A DNA stretch of 64,000 nucleotides from the human T2T-CHM13v2.0 reference genome, Homo sapiens (GCF_009914755.1 NC_060939.1), one strand, 5' to 3'; numbered from the stretch's first letter, positions 47,471 through 63,838 are shown. Numbers and translations: made by a program. Notes: generated from the letters alone by a model not told the origin.

Positions 47471-48529
47471 TGGGTGTATTTGTCAGTTATTTTTTTTCAG
47501 AGAGACAGAACTACAGGGAGGTAGTTAGGTAGGTAGATAGATACATAGATGGAGAGTTGATAGATAGATAGACAATCGTTAGATGAACAGCATTTTGTTT
47601 GGGGATTTACTCATGTAACATTATAGAGATGGAGAATTCCCAAGACAGCCATCTGCGAGTTTAAGGACCTTGGATGCTGTAACGTGGTGGCTCATTCCAA
47701 AGCTGAAGTCTTCAGAATCACAGAAGCTCTTGGTGTAATTCTTAGTTTGGGACCAATGGCCTGAGAATCCAGGGCATTTACTGGTATAAGTTCTGGAGTT
47801 TGAAGGCCATATATCATGGAGTTCTATTTTCCAAGGGCAGGAAAAGGAGTATACTTTCTCCAGAAGAGAGACAGGAAAACTTTTTAAAAATTTTTCATTT
47901 TTGGTTTTGTTTAGTCCCCAAGGAGATTGTATGCTGCCTTCCCCCATTGAGGGTGGATTTTTCCCACTAAATTCCCTGACTCATACATCAGTCTCCTCTG
48001 GAAACACCCTGGCAGACACACCCAGAAGTAATGGTTTACCAATTCTCTAGGTATTCTGTAATCCAGTCAGCACCTTAAATTAACCATGACAAGTCCAGCA
48101 CCTTTCTAGTTGGCACCTATATGTATCACCTTAAGCCCTAACTAATCTTCAGATATAGACAATAACAAGGCAATAGTTCTACGTAACATGATTCAATGAT
48201 CCTGTGTGCAATGAGAACACACTATACTATTTTTCTTAAGAGTAGTAGAAGTTTGTGGGTGATGTTTACTCTTCTCCTGATACCCCATAACTTCAGTACA
48301 AATTACTAACACTTAACTGCTAATATCAAGTTAATACATTATTGTGTTATGTGACAACAGAAGAAGAGAGAAATAGAAACAATGTTATTTGCCTAATATA
48401 TTTATATATAACACGCAAATGTATTCTTAACAAAGTAGATAGGAAATAATAGTGACAATTTTAATCCTTGTTTCTGTAACTGGTCACCTAGTCCTGTCTG
48501 GTTATGTATGTATTTATTTATTTACTTTT

Positions 48530-48832
48530 TTATTTTTATTTTCATTTTTGAGACAGAGTCTCGCTCTGTCACCCAGGCTGGAGTGCAGTGGCATGATCTT
48601 GGCTCACTGCAAGCTCCGCCTCCCAGGTTCACACATTCTCCTGCCTCAGCCTCCCGAGTAGCTGGGACTACAGGCGCCCGCCACCACGCCTGGCTAATTT
48701 TTTTTGTATTTTTAGTAGAGATGGGGTTTCACTGTGTTAGCCAGGATGGTCTTGATCTCCTGACCTGGTGATCTGCCTGCCTTGGCCTCCCAAAGTGCTG
48801 GGATTACAGGCTTGAGGCACCACTCCTGGCCC
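48530..48832 (-). mobile_element. AluY-like element
   Basis: Antisense Alu; direct repeat cctgtctggt(t/a) nearby on both sides. Confidence 0.93.
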
Positions 48833-49637
48833 TGTCTGGTATTTGTAACTCCCTTCTACTGCTACCCATTCGGTATTCTCTTTGTCTTCAGCAAGCCCCT
48901 CTGCTGGTCCTGGGTCTTTACCTGGCAGGATGATGCAAACCTTCATTCCTGAAAGATCTGGAGCATTTGTATTCTTGTCTGGAATGGTTGTAATAATCCA
49001 TTGAACTTAATAACAGGGCATAGTAATACTAAGACTTTGTTTTAGTCCATTTTCTGTTATTTATAACAGAATACCTGACACTGAGTAGTTGATAAAGAAA
49101 ACACATGTATTTCATACAGTTATGGAGGCTGAAAAGTCTAAGGTTGAGAGGTTGTATGTGGTGAGATCATGTTGCTGGTTGGGACTCTCTGAAGAGTTCT
49201 GAAGTCTACAGGGTATGGTATGGCAATGGAGTAGAGCTTGCTGACATGCAACAACATGTCTCCCTTCTTATAAGCCACTCTTCGCTCATAGTAGACTATT
49301 AATCTTTAAATATTTATTAATCCATGAAAGGATTAATTCATTTATGGGGTCAAACTCTTCATGATCCAATCACCTTTTAAAAGTCTCACAATTCAATACC
49401 GCCATGTTAGGGATTAAATTTCAGCATAAATTTGGGAGGGAAGCAATATTCCAACCACAGGCCTCCACTTCTGACTCTAAAAATCACGCCCTGTCACTTA
49501 CAAAAAGTTTATTTCATTCCTATCGTTCAAAGGCTTAAATTGTTCCAGCACCAGCAGAAAGTTCCCAAATCTGAAGTCTCCTCTGTCAGCCCATGAAATC
49601 AAAACAAGTTATCTTCATACAAAATTCAGCAGTTGGG

Positions 49638-52600
49638 TTGTTAATGGCCAATGGGTTCATGTTGGCTGCTGCCCAGATAGAGTCACTTTATCAAGATAGG
49701 GGAATTGCTGTAGAGAAGATTTTATACATGTAGAGCTGGCTAAAGGAGAGAGCAGAGTTTTCGTATTACTCAAAACTGCTTCCCCAAATATTCAGAGGGT
49801 AGAGTTTTTATAGATAGTTTTGTGGGCAGGGGTTAGAGAAAGGGACATGCTGATTGGTTGGGTCAGGGATGAAATCTTAGGAAGTCAAAGCCATCTTCTT
49901 TGCTGACTCAGCTCCTGGGTGTGGGCCACGTATCCAGATGAGCCTGTTTACTGGTTTGGGTGGCACCCGCTGATCTGTCAGGATGCAAGTTATGAAAAAT
50001 ACCTCAAACACCAATCTTAGGTTTTACAATAGTAATGTTATTGATAGGAGCAATCAGGGAGGTTATTAATCTTGTGGCCTCTGATGGTATGACTTCTGAG
50101 CCATACTTTCTAATATTGTGGTTAATTTGTTAGTTTTACAAAGTTGATGTGGTCCCCAAACAATGAGGGGTTTTGTTTCAGGGAGGAGCTGTTATTATCT
50201 TTGTTTCAAAGTTCAGCTACAAAGTAAATTTCTCCCAAAGTTAGTTTTGTTTTTACCCAGGAATAAGCAAGGGCCACTTGGAGGTTAAATGCAAGATGAA
50301 GTCACTTAGGTCATGTCTCTCTCCCTATCATAATTTTCTCACTGTTACTGTTTTTGCAAATGTGATTTCAATTTCCCCTTCCAAGTTTCATTGCATCTTA
50401 TTCTTAACGGGTGAGGTACAGAGTTGGGAAAAGGCCAAAGACCATTCTAACTTCTTCCTGCTGACAAAGGGTATACTTGAGATAGGGTTTGGCCCCAGAG
50501 TAAATGGAATGAAGCTGCTTTGCAGCTGCCTGCATGTGTTCACAGGTGCCTGGTTGGGGTTCCTAGGCTTGCATGGCCAAGATGTTAGTGCTCTCATCCA
50601 CAGTTTTAGTACGGCACTTAAGTGAACAGCTGTCTATAGGATAATGAGTCCTAATATAAGGAGTGGAAGTCCTAGCTTCAGAAGTCCTTATATACTTCAT
50701 CTAAATCCCTGAGGGATTTGGGTGAATAGCCCCAAGGACCAGTCAGACATGGGGTCAATAGTCAAGAGAGATTTGGGTCAGAGGTTGTTAGAAAGACAAA
50801 TTTGGATAAACAGGAAAGAGCAAATTTAAATATACCATCTCATATCTTTTTAGTTAGTTTCCTAGTCCTCAGAATAGATCCTAGCTGTGTTTCATTCCAG
50901 GAGGTGTCACTGCAAATGAACTAGGCCCCCTTATGTGATTAAGGCAAAAATATTTTTAATAACAGGCATTGGTATGGAAATAGAACATAATAACAAAGGT
51001 TGATATTGGGCACAATGCATCCAGATGTTAGATTCAAAGCATTTTTAAATTGCAAAGGAGGATAGTGATAAAAATCTCACATATTTCACATCTGTATCTC
51101 AAGGGATAAACTCAGCCTGCGGGGCCTCAGGAAGAAGGTCGTAGCCATTTCATTGAGTCCAGGGCAGAAAAGTGGAAGAAAAATGTGAATGTGTTAATTT
51201 GAGGACTTTAGCTCTGAGAGGTTTCAGGATTCAGTCCAAAATGCAGAAAACAATAAAAAGCTCAAAAACAATGGACAAGACTAGAATCTAACAACAGGTG
51301 TGCTATAGTATTTTTCTGAAATACAATGTTTTGCTCTCTAGTTCTCATTTTTATTTAAGACGTATCATAGTAGGTCACATTTATTTGCAAAATAAGTTTT
51401 GGTATTATTATACTTAGCCTGATTATTTGTGTAACGAGTCATAAAATGATTATTGTGGTCTTGTATTAGTTCAGTCCATGCAGTGAACTTTGTCTGACAT
51501 TGGGCCTGCAGTCCTCATAAACATACCAGCTATCTCTGAGAGTCCTGAAAGTTTGTTTGTTTTGTTTTCTTTTTTTTCCTATTTCAATGCCACAATCTAT
51601 AGTTATCAGAAACCTATATTCAAGAGAACATTTCAAAGAGCAAACACCTTTTGACTAGTTGAAGAAAAGACCACAATAATCTGTGGATGACAATAATCTC
51701 AGGACAGTCATTGTTTTAATAATTTTACTTGATTTTTTTGAGACAGGGTCTCAAGCCACCCAGGCTGGAGTGCAGTGGCACAATTATGGCTCACTGTAGC
51801 CTCACCTTCCTGGGATCAAGCAATCTTCTTTCTTCAGCCTCCAGAGGAGCTGGGACCACAGGCAAGTGCTACCACATCCAACTAATTTTTTGATAATTTT
51901 TTGTAGAGATAAGGTCTCACTATCTTGCTCAGGCTGATCTCAAACAACTGAGCTCAAACAATCCTCCCAACTTAGCCTCCTAAAGTTCTAGGATTACAGA
52001 CATGAGCCACCGTGCCCAGTGAGGACATTACAGGCATGAGTCACTGTGTCCAACGAGGCCATTGTTAAAGATACAGTCGACAAAGAAATCTGGTCATTTC
52101 TGTGGCACATAACAATTCAATGTAATAATCATAATTATTACTGATAACATATGCTAAGACCTATTAGAATTATAGGAACCATATAATTTTGGAATACATA
52201 CTAATAACATATTTGTATAAATATAACCCAAAGAAAGTTAAACATGATTTTGTATTTGACAGTGTTTTCTGTAGGTTAATATACCAAATAAGCCAAACAT
52301 ATCTCTTTTGGACTTCAGGGGACCTAATACTTAAAAGGCTAATGAGTTAAAATAAAAATTCTTAGTTTATAATTTTATTTTTCAAAGTGTGCAAATATTA
52401 AAGGTTTAAAACACTTCATATCACGAAATAGAATCCCAGATAACCACAAATCATTTGTTTAGCCAAAATGATAGCTCAAAAATTTAATAAGGCAAATGCC
52501 TTTATTCATTGGTAGAGAGGAGACTCAGCTCCCAAACAACAGGACCAAGCAACGACCGCATGAGGCCATCTGAATCTGTGTCTTCTCTCTCCCCTACATT

Positions 52601-55600
52601 TTTCAGTTTATTTAAAAGACAAATAAAAATATTTTATTATCCCTCAGTATTATACAAAAATCTTGTTTAAAGAGAAACCAAATTTTACCTTTGCCTTAGT
52701 GTTTTATTAATGTCAAACCCAATTTTTACATAAAACCTTATAAACAAATCTGTCCAATCTAAATCAGTTTGAGCATACTGTTTACAATTTTCTACTAAAC
52801 AACTGATTAATGCTCCATGAAAACTCTGTTGATCACATATAAGGGGGCAGATTCTGGGCCTGTATCACTGTGATTTTTACATTAATGATCATTCTGTAGA
52901 AAAACTAAGTAACCTGCTTCAAGTTTTGGCAAGTTGCTCACACTCACACACAGAACTTTCTTTACTAGACCAATCTTTTACAAACCTTGTATAACTTGCT
53001 TAAACCTTCTGTTTTCTCCTATTACTTTTTAACTTAAGACAATTTTTAAAACCTCTAATTTAGACAAGATTACTTTTTTAAACAAAAACAATATCTTCAG
53101 GTCTTTTTATAACTTTTTACAAAAACACATTTTGTAATTTTTATATACCTTGAATGTAAATCTTTTCTCAGCAGTATCAATCACATGTGTTACAATGTTA
53201 AATCTTCACAACTTTTATTTTTAGTGAAAGCAATTTTAATTTCGTACCAAGTGCAGAGCCTAGGACACAGGACAGAAATGAAGATAATGTCTGACTCTTT
53301 CCAACATAGCTCGGGGGCATGGCTAACTCAACATGTCCCCAGGCTTTACCTAGAAGCTGCTGGCTCTAATGCAGGCAGGTTGGACACTAACAAAAAGTCA
53401 CAGATATTTATAACCTAAAACAGCAAAGAGAATATCTGACCTGCCTAATTTAGACCAAATGTCTAAATGTTGAAGAAATACTTTTATTGTACCAATAATC
53501 TTTAAAGCTATCTTTATTATTCAAAGATTATTAGAGTCATGTGAACAAAGAGCAGTTTAGTTAAAATTTTTCTGGTAAAATATTTTATTTAAGTGCATAT
53601 ATATGCCAATTAATTAGAGCTCTTTATATAGTTTGTTAGCAAAATACTACATATATGAAGTATATAAATACACAGACATAGAGAAGCAGATCTGGTAGAG
53701 TTATACGGATTCGTCATTTGTCAGTTTTTGAAGTTTTTCTTTTTCATTTTAGCTCGTCAGTCTCTTGATTACCTGTTCCCTGCCCTAAAAAGGTTTTAAC
53801 CAGGCAGTTCCAAACTTTTATTTTAAAGGGATAATTCTTAGGTGAAATAATTATAGAGAATTTATATTTTATCTAAAGCAAGGAGAAATGTGGGGGTAAA
53901 AGTTCAGTCAGGATGGCCAGGAAAAGCAGACACTCTTACATGTGGAGATTTTCTTAAACGTGTTAAGTTTTTAAATGGGATTATTGCCTTTGGAGTGGAA
54001 CCTTATAAGGAACAGAACCAGGAAAGCATGCAGTTTCTAGGGCCTAGTAAGCAGGCAGAGCTGGAAGGCAAAACAGATTCCCCTAAATGAGGAATCTTAT
54101 TTTTATACCAAATCCTGGGTCCCCTAAAGAGGCAAATAATATGGCATGACACAGTGCAATGCTTTCACAGTGTGTTTCATTTTAAGGACATTTCCCCAAG
54201 GCTGCTGGACAACCCAGTGCCCATCAGCCCACTCTGTAATCGGCCCATAAGAGCACACCTTTCTTATTTAAATGTACAAATAAAAGAGTATCACCCTGTA
54301 GTAATAATCACTTACTATAAGCGACTACCATTAGTCATTTTAAAAAGTATATTTTTTATCTAGCAATTACACATCAAGGTTAATTTTTTTTCATAATGCA
54401 AAGTAATTTCAGGTCCCTGCAAGTCAAAATGGTTAGATACAAGAGGAAGGAGGAACAGACAGGAGTAAATGGAGGATCAGATAGAATTCCATTGAATGAG
54501 AAACTTTTAGAGGGAGAGCAAAGGCTTTAAAATACTATCTGTGCACATGTAGCTCAATATCAGCCTTAATCAAGTTGATTTTTGATTACAGAGCTCTCAA
54601 AAGAAAATCTGCTGAAATCTTTTATTAATAGATTTTAGCCAGGACAAATAGGTAGTATTTTTGGCTTTAAACTTTTCCAAAGGTAACTGCCCATGAGAAA
54701 CTCAGAAGCCTAACTAAGGTTATGACTTAACCATGGATGCATGAAGTGTCTCACAGAGATGGCAAGCAGTTTTTGCAAGATTGAGAATTTCCCCAAAGAT
54801 AGCTTATAAAGGAAAATTTAAGACAGAAAGTGAGAAGATGTCCATGGAGAAGAAAATCATCGAATGAATGGCAAAAAGTCTCCAAATATCACACTAGAAA
54901 GGGCTTACTGCTTGAGGTGAGAATCAAACCCAGGCTGCTGCAGTAAAAGGGAAAAACCTTAGTTACTGAGCTACAGTATGGGGCAGTTGCTGTTGGTCAG
55001 AAATAATGTAGGTCAGTCAGCTCCAAGCTTCAAGGATTTTAACTGCTCAAGAGAATCCTTAAAGCTAGCTGTGACATTATTATGTATCCTTTCAGACTGG
55101 CTGCCTGACCTGAATCCAGAAATTCCAACTCTGTGTATGTGGGAGAACAAGGGACAGCATCCTCACATGGTTACTAAGTCAAGTTTTCAAGAACATAAAA
55201 CAAGATAAGAGGGAAACTTCAACTTTTTTGTTTCAGGGAGGTGTAGCAAATTTTGTAACTAACAAGTCTGCAGGGCCAGCCCAAACAGTGGGCTTATAGG
55301 GATCCTAGGCCCCTTAGGTTCACAGTATGAATGCTGTCTCTAGGAGCAATTGGGGATGTTAGTAATGTTATGGCCTCTGGCTGTATGGCTCTTGAACCAT
55401 ATTTTCTAATCTTGTGGTTAATTTGTTGGTTTTACAAAGGTGGTCTGGTCCCCAAGCAATTAAGGGATTTGTTTCAAGGAAGGGCTGTCATCTTTGTTTC
55501 AAAGTTAGGCTATAATGTTAATGTTCCCTTTGTCCAGGAACAAACAAGGGCAGCTTTGAGATTAAAGCCAAGATGGATTCAGTCAGGTCATATCTCTTTT

Positions 55601-55647
55601 ACAGTCATAATTTTCTCACTGTTAGAATTTTTTCAAAGGTGATTTCA
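49638..55647 (-). mobile_element. Class I ERV (LTR8-family/MER4 group) provirus relic
   Basis: Two similar LTR ends (caaatgtgatttca ~50370; caaaggtgatttca ~55647); polypurine tract ggaaggggaaat on the minus strand before the 3' LTR; 5' LTR partly deleted. Confidence 0.78.
51730..52060 (-). mobile_element. AluJ-like element with a ~33-bp duplication of its 5' end and flank
   Basis: attacagacatgagccaccgtgcccagtgaggac followed by attacaggcatgagtcactgtgtccaacgaggcc. Confidence 0.9.
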
Positions 55648-56194
55648 GGATAAACATAATGTACACATTCCCATTCTATAAGAGAGAAATAGACACAAAG
55701 AAAACAGTAACAGCCCCTAAGTAAATTTGAAGTCCAGGAGGGCAAACATTACATCTTAAAGCTGGAGAGCCTTTTTTTTTTTGTTTTTTACTCCTTAACA
55801 TATTGGGGTGAGGGTTGGAGTGGCAAGCCCTAGGCAGTGTCACCCCTAAGGGTTTCCTTGGTGAATCACCCGTGGGTGCTTGTACTGGTTGAAATTTTCC
55901 CAGGCAGGCATTGAATGCCACAGGGGACTTCACAATCCTGGGATCCTGGTATTGGCACCACTAGGCATTACCCATGTGGAACTCTCTGCAGTGACTTCAG
56001 TTCTGTGGCTTCACTTGGCATTGCCCTGGTGGGGACTCTTTGCAGCAGCTCCAACCCCACATTTGTGTTTGGCATCCTTCTACTGGGGGCTCTCGGCAGT
56101 GGATCTGACCCTGTGACAGTTCTCTCTCTGGACTCCCAGGCTGTCAAAAAAAAAATACTTTGAAATTTGTGGAGGCTGCCAAGCCATCATTTAT

Positions 56195-56470
56195 GCCTTA
56201 AGTGTGAGAAATATATTTATTTTCCTTATAAATTACCCAATATTTTGTATTCTGTTTTAAGCAACAAAGAAGGGACTAATACAGAAAACTGGTAATGACA
56301 AGTAGGTTGTTGCTGAAAATGAATACCTGAAAATATGAAAGTGTCTTTCAAACTGGGTGATGGGCAGAGGCTAAAAGAATCTTGGAGAGGCAGACTAGTA
56401 AAAGCCTGTATTCTTGTGAGGGTTTAGAAGATAGGAAATATTTGGGAGTCCTTAGAGACTGATGAAGTGT
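56195..56470 (+). mobile_element. MaLR LTR 3' end plus start of internal sequence
   Basis: ataaattacccaa...gggactaataca then gaaaactggta...gatgggcagaggct. Confidence 0.7.
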
Positions 56471-57384
56471 TTGTGACCACACTGCTTCGGGAGAAATGGC
56501 GCCATATAATGCATGCTGGTTCAGAGCATATACTGCCTTCTAGAGAACCTTGCCCCACAGTTACACAATATTGTCATCTAGCAGGTGCTGGAACTGTAAC
56601 TCCCAAAGGTCATTCCACCATTGTTTCAAGTGAGTTGCTTCAGGATTATAGGGAACATGGTGAATTCACTGAAGTTTCTGAGCATGAGCTCATTTCTACC
56701 CTTCTTTGTCTGTGACGTGAGTTCCTTGTTCAGAAGCAATGCTGTGTGGAATACCATGATGGTAGATAGGCATTAAGTCCATGGATGGTAGTTTCCACAG
56801 AATACTTGCATGCAAGGAAGTAAAATTTATAGATGGAGTAACTGTCTTACTATTCCAGGAAGAACAAAATGCTGCCCCTTCCCTGATGAAAGCTGCCCAA
56901 TGTAATCAACCTACCACAAGGAAATTGGCAGATCTTCCTGGGGAATGGTGCCATATAGAGACTTGGTGTTAGTTTCTGCTGCTGACAGTTGGAACACTCA
57001 GAGGGGTCTGTAACCTGGTTGGCCATGGTGAAAGGAATTCCAGATTGCTGTGTGTATGCAAAACCTCAGTCCCTACCACAGTGGCCACTTTATTCATAAG
57101 CCCGGTGACTGATGACATAGGTGCCTGGGAAAAGAGGCTGACTACTGTCAGAGAATGCATGATCACATCCACCGGATGATTAGAGTCCAGAAGAGCTATG
57201 GTAAGAGAGTGAGTCAGTTTTCCTCTGTTTCCCAGCACAGTTTAGCCAACGTTCTCGTTAAGCTTTAAGTGGCTTTTTCTGCTTCTCCTGAGGCCTGGGG
57301 TCTCCTTGCTGTGTGGAGTTTTCAGGGGATTTCTAGGTCTTGGGCTACCTTTTGAGTGATTTAAGATATAAAAGCTTTCCCACT

Positions 57385-57734
<350 letters not shown>

Positions 57735-58714
57735 TTAGGCAGCCCAAACCCAGGAAAAATATCCTTTAAGAGATGGCATGATACCTCCGAGGTGGTATCA
57801 GAGCGAGTTGATCACCTTTATCCATCGTGGGAAGATAACAACCACACCTAGAAGGTATCTAAAGTTCCCGGGGGTCTGGAGCATGACCGTAAAGTGTGTT
57901 TGCCAGTCCTTGCCAGGGTAAATTCCCCTAAATTGTACTCCTTAACATGAGGCCTTGAGGGTGATCTGTTATGGGGACTGTTAGTGTGGCAGAGAGAGCA
58001 ACTGTGGGTCACTTGCTGCACTGTCTCCAAGGTTGGGAGTGGTCATCGTTTGAAGGAGCCAATTGTACAGGGTTATCTACCATAATGTGAGCTCTCATGG
58101 GCCTCCTTAACTACCTGGATAGCTATGGATTTTTGAAAAAATAATTGTGAGAAATTTCAAACCATCCTGGATATCCTCTGCTTTTTAAGAAGACTTCCCA
58201 GGGGGATTACTGCTAGGGAGCCAGTGTGCCAATTACAGAGACTGCTGGTGTCAAAGAGGCTTTGGGTCTCAGGGGAGACCAGGTGTCACAGTGCTCTTCA
58301 TGGCTTCATGGGGAGAGTCTAACTCAGGAAATATTTGCTTGCCTTCTCTGGCTTTTATCCTCGTGGAAGTCAATTTACATGTTTTCTTGTAGTCCCTTAT
58401 TCTGGCATAGGGCCATTAATACCTTTTTTTTGTTTGTTTGTTTGCTTTTTGCTTTTGGTAAAAGAGATCTAGTTAGAGAATTTCCCACTATCTGAAATGA
58501 AAATACCTTATAAGTGTTCAGAGTACTTGTTACTGCACATCCACTAGTTTAAATCTGCATAATGTTATCAATGCCTTGGACCAGTGTAGTATCCTGTGGA
58601 AGGAGAAGGTGATCAACTTCCTGCAAACTGTGACTTTGTTATGGAGAGTTGATATTATGTTGAGGTAGGACAGAGAAGTTATTGACACTGAAATTAAACG
58701 ACTTCTGGTGGGCC

Positions 58715-59194
58715 TTATGAAGAGAAATAGAGAAAAAGCTTCATTAGATCAATAGGTGCATACCAGGTATCAGGGAATGTGTTAATTTGCTCAAGCAATA
58801 AAACTACATCTGATATAGCAGTTGCAATTACAAGGAACACTTGGTTTAGCTTGTGGGAATCCACTGTCACTCTCCAGGATCCATCTGTCTTTTGCACAGG
58901 CCAAGTTAGACAGGGATGTGTTAGAATCTCTACCCCTGCATCCTTCCAGTCCTTGATGGTGGTGGTAATCTCTACAGTCACTCCAGAGGTGTGGTTATGA
59001 ATTTGATTTTCTATTTTCCTAGGTAGAGGCAGCTCTAGTGCCTTCCATTTAGATATTCCCACCATACTAGCGCCCACTCCACAGGTCAGGGAACCAATGT
59101 GGGAAATGTGCCAGGTGCTAACTATGTCTATTAAAGCTTTGCATCTACAACTAGAGAAATGACCAGAGTATGTGTTTGGGGCCACTGGACCCAT
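58715..59194 (-). pseudogene. pol: ERVL pol (RT N-terminal) relic
   Basis: WPVQKTDGSWRVTVDSHKLNQV...DVVLLLEQINT..TWYAPIDL matches HERV-L RT. Confidence 0.92.
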
Positions 59195-61603
59195 GGTGAT
59201 TTCATGTGACTAAAATTTAATCACCTGACCTCCATAAATCCCCACTCTGACTGGCATTCTATAGTGATGTTTTGAGTTGGGTTGAGTCTTCTGGAATCAA
59301 TGTAAGGTCAGAGCCAGTGTCTACTAGTCCTGAAAAGTTCTTACTATATTCCTTTCCCCAAAACACAGCTGTTAAAAGGTTATAGGTTCCCTTTTGGGAA
59401 GGACAGGAGAAAGATGAACAGTATAAAGTTTTTGTGGTATACCTGGGTCCTTCATCAAGGGGACCTGGCTGCTCCTTTTTTCAAGGAGTTCTTGACTATA
59501 AACTGGCTCTAGTCTTGGATTTTAGTAGGAGCTGTGATTCTCTATTATTTTGATTTGAGTTAGGCTTTCGTAAACATAAATGTTTTCAGTATTTTCAGAT
59601 CAATTAAGGGTTTATTAGGCTTCTTTTCTATTTTACTTCTGAGAACACCACAGTCAAACTAGCCAACACCATAGATCTACTTGAGTCAGATGCATCTGAA
59701 TGTTGCTGTACCTTTGCTGCCCATTTTGGTAACTATGTCCATCTTGATTCTGAAGGTTGACAGCTGCCACATGGCTCTGGGACCTGTGAGATCCAGTTAT
59801 TCCCAATGCATTTAAATTTTCTATTGAGTGACTGTGGTTCTCAGTATAAGCTTCCAGCTACAGAGAAAGTTATTCAAGGATGCTGGTCTCCCCTTAGAAA
59901 TCAGTTTCTTAAAGTATTGCTGAAAGGTTGGTCTTCTGGAGCCTCCCAGTGTGGGTGAGTAGATTTCAAATGACAAATGCACTCTGGAGTTCCATTCGTT
60001 CTAAGCCTTTGAATCTCTTCCTCTACATGAGGCCAAGGGAGATCAGGCATATCCAACTGGCTAAATAAGGGCCATCTTTTGATTTATAGTTCAGCCAACC
60101 AACCAAACTGTTAGAGCCCTTTCTAATTTCCCATGCTGCAAAACTAAAACCAGTATCTTTTTTAATGAGTCCATATCAATAAATCTGGGTGATCCAACTT
60201 TGTTTCCTCCACTATTATCCTAACTCTTAATACCCTTTTCCACACATGTTCTCCAGATTTCTCCTTGTATAAATTATAAACTCAAATAGTTTTCTTGAAC
60301 TGTCATGAACCTCCCATGGGCCAAACTTTGTATATCATTTTTAAGGGCATTTTGAGATTTGAGTCTACTTATAGGCCTAGAAGCAAAAAGGAGTGGTGGG
60401 TGTGGGGCCTTAGGAGAATCTGCATTGCAGTCCATTACCTTTCCCTCAGGCAATGCTGGCGTAATCCCCTCAGAGGAGGTGGAACCACCTATACCAGTGT
60501 GGGTGAAGAGGCTACTGCCAAGAGGGTGTCAGTAGGGGGTCAGGTCTACTGGCAAAGAAGACGTCGGAATTTCAGAGCTCAATGTCTCCAGCCTCAACAT
60601 GGTCTCCCCAAATGTTCCCAACCCACTCTACAGAGTTCCATTCTTCTCTGTACAGTGCTTTAAATTTACAGTAGGTACCTTGCTAGGCTGAAAGTTCAAC
60701 TTTCAAAGTAATTCAGCCAACTGCACGGTGAAGGTTTGTGTTTGACTTTTAGCATTTTCAGCCCTGTGACTATAGGAGATATAATTCTCACTCAGAGCAC
60801 TGTAAGAAGCTCTAAGGCTTTTTATGTGAAGCCGAATTCTGAAATTTGAATCTCTTAGCGTATCTTTTTTATTGATCACTTTACTCATCAACTCTAGAAG
60901 CAGAGTCCTTGATTTTCCACAGATATTTAAAGATGTGCTGTCAGAGTCACCAAGTTCCTTGTCTTTTATCGGTGTTGATTAGGAGTGTCAAAGGTAGATG
61001 TTTGCATATCCTTTAAGCAGTTTATGACATGGACTAGCAATGTTTTCTGGACTATTAGAAATGGAGGCTTTAACATTTTTAGGTATCATCAGTTTAGAGA
61101 TCTAAGTTTAGAAACCCCAAAACCAATGAAAGAAACTCATTCCTAAAATTCTGGTTCTCTACAATCATTCATGGTTTAAAAAATAAAACCTGTTTTAGCA
61201 TTCTTCAGAGATACAGGACCAATAGGATACATATATAGATAGATGGGGGAGCATTAATTAGATAAATTGGGTCACATGATTATGGAAGCCAAGACAGGTC
61301 TTCTGTAAGCTGTAAACCATGGAGTACCAGTAGCATGGCTCATTCCAAGGCTGAAAGTCTCAGAATGAGGAAAGCGGACAGTGTAATTCTCAGTCTGAGG
61401 CCAAAGGACTGAGAATGTGGAGGGATGCAGAAGTAAGTCCTGGAGTCCCAAGGAAGAGAGTCTGTAGTTAAGATGTCCAAGGGCAGGAGGCAGAGAGTGT
61501 ACCAGCTCCAGGAGAGAGGGAGAACAAAATCATTCTCATTACTTTTTCATTCTATCGGGACCCCCAGCCCACTGGATGGTGCCTACCCACATAGAGGGTG
61601 GAT

Positions 61604-62685
<1,082 letters not shown>

Positions 62686-63289
62686 GGATCTTACCCACTC
62701 TGTCTACCGACTCACATTTCAGACCTTTCTGGTGAAACCTCACAGATCCAGAAGTAATGCTTTGCCAGTGTTCTAGGTATTCGTTAATACAGTTAGTTGA
62801 CTCCTAAAACTAAACATTACATTGGGTTTTGGAGTGTTACCCAAGCAGGTTTCTCATGAGGAGTTCAAATTGCTGGGTTAAGGTGAAGCAACCATGATTT
62901 CCACAGAGTCAAAGTTTGACTGAGAGGTGGTTACTGCCGAATATCTGTGCAGTTCCCACAGGGGACAGTGAGGTGAGATAAAGGTGGTATTCAGCTGTCT
63001 TATATGGAGTAGTCACCTTGAGCAGGTTTTATAAGGGGCTATGTTCAATGACCACCTTGAGGAATGTGGAAGAGGCCACAAACTGGAAACTGTCACGGAT
63101 TTCTAAACCCTATTTCTGGTATGAGAATGTCAACACTATGTACAAAATGAATGCCCAGGTTACATAAAATTAAAACAATTCACAGCAACATTTAAAATAG
63201 GAATTCTAGTAGCCCAATAATAACTCTCTCTCTAATCCTGAGGTAGCAGGTAAATTGAGTTGTTCAACTAATTTGAAACTATAGTTAAA

Positions 63290-63760
63290 CATGTTTTCTC
63301 AATAATAGACCAGAATACATATGATGAGCCGACAAAATTTTATAGTGAGAAGGGGGCAGTCACAGAGAAAAAATAAGGTGTTCCATTTATTTTAAAAGGC
63401 ATATTTTTTACATCTTTCAAATAGAGATCAATCATAATATTGTTAAAAGGCTATTGGTTAGAAGACAGTAATAATGTGATGGACTTCATGTGCACACAAG
63501 TGAACTTGATGTAAAAAACTTCCATTTTCACATTCTGGTGGTATCTTTAACATCATGACTTGGAGAGGGATGTTAGCAGATGAGAAACATAATCTAACAG
63601 AAACTATTATAGTTCTCTCACTACAAATATGGCATCAGCAAAGCTCCTAATTACCAGAGATGATGCTAGTGTAGAAAAAATCCATGGACAAGGTGAGTTG
63701 CACAGTGATTTAGAAGAGTTTTATCCAAATATGAGAAATTTTAGAAAACCTTGATTACCT
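63290..63760 (-). pseudogene. Decayed olfactory receptor pseudogene (paralog of 10805-11830)
   Basis: Minus strand: GNQGFLKFLIFG (~NxTxVTEFILLG), VQLTL, IISGN, ctctgtgactgcccccttctc (LCDCPLL), SSYVF. DNA similarity to 11281-11830. Confidence 0.62.
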
Positions 63761-63838
63761 ATTTTGCTTTCACTTTCTGTCTTATGTGATCATAGGAGTG
63801 ATATGACATCAATACACACATTTATATAAGTTCAAAAG

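Larger units (their letters stand above)
49038..56190 (-). mobile_element. MaLR (MST/MLT) LTR plus internal sequence, split by a class I ERV
   Basis: LTR ~49038-49460, internal to ~49637, resuming at 55648 (ggataaac...cattcccattc). Confidence 0.7.
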
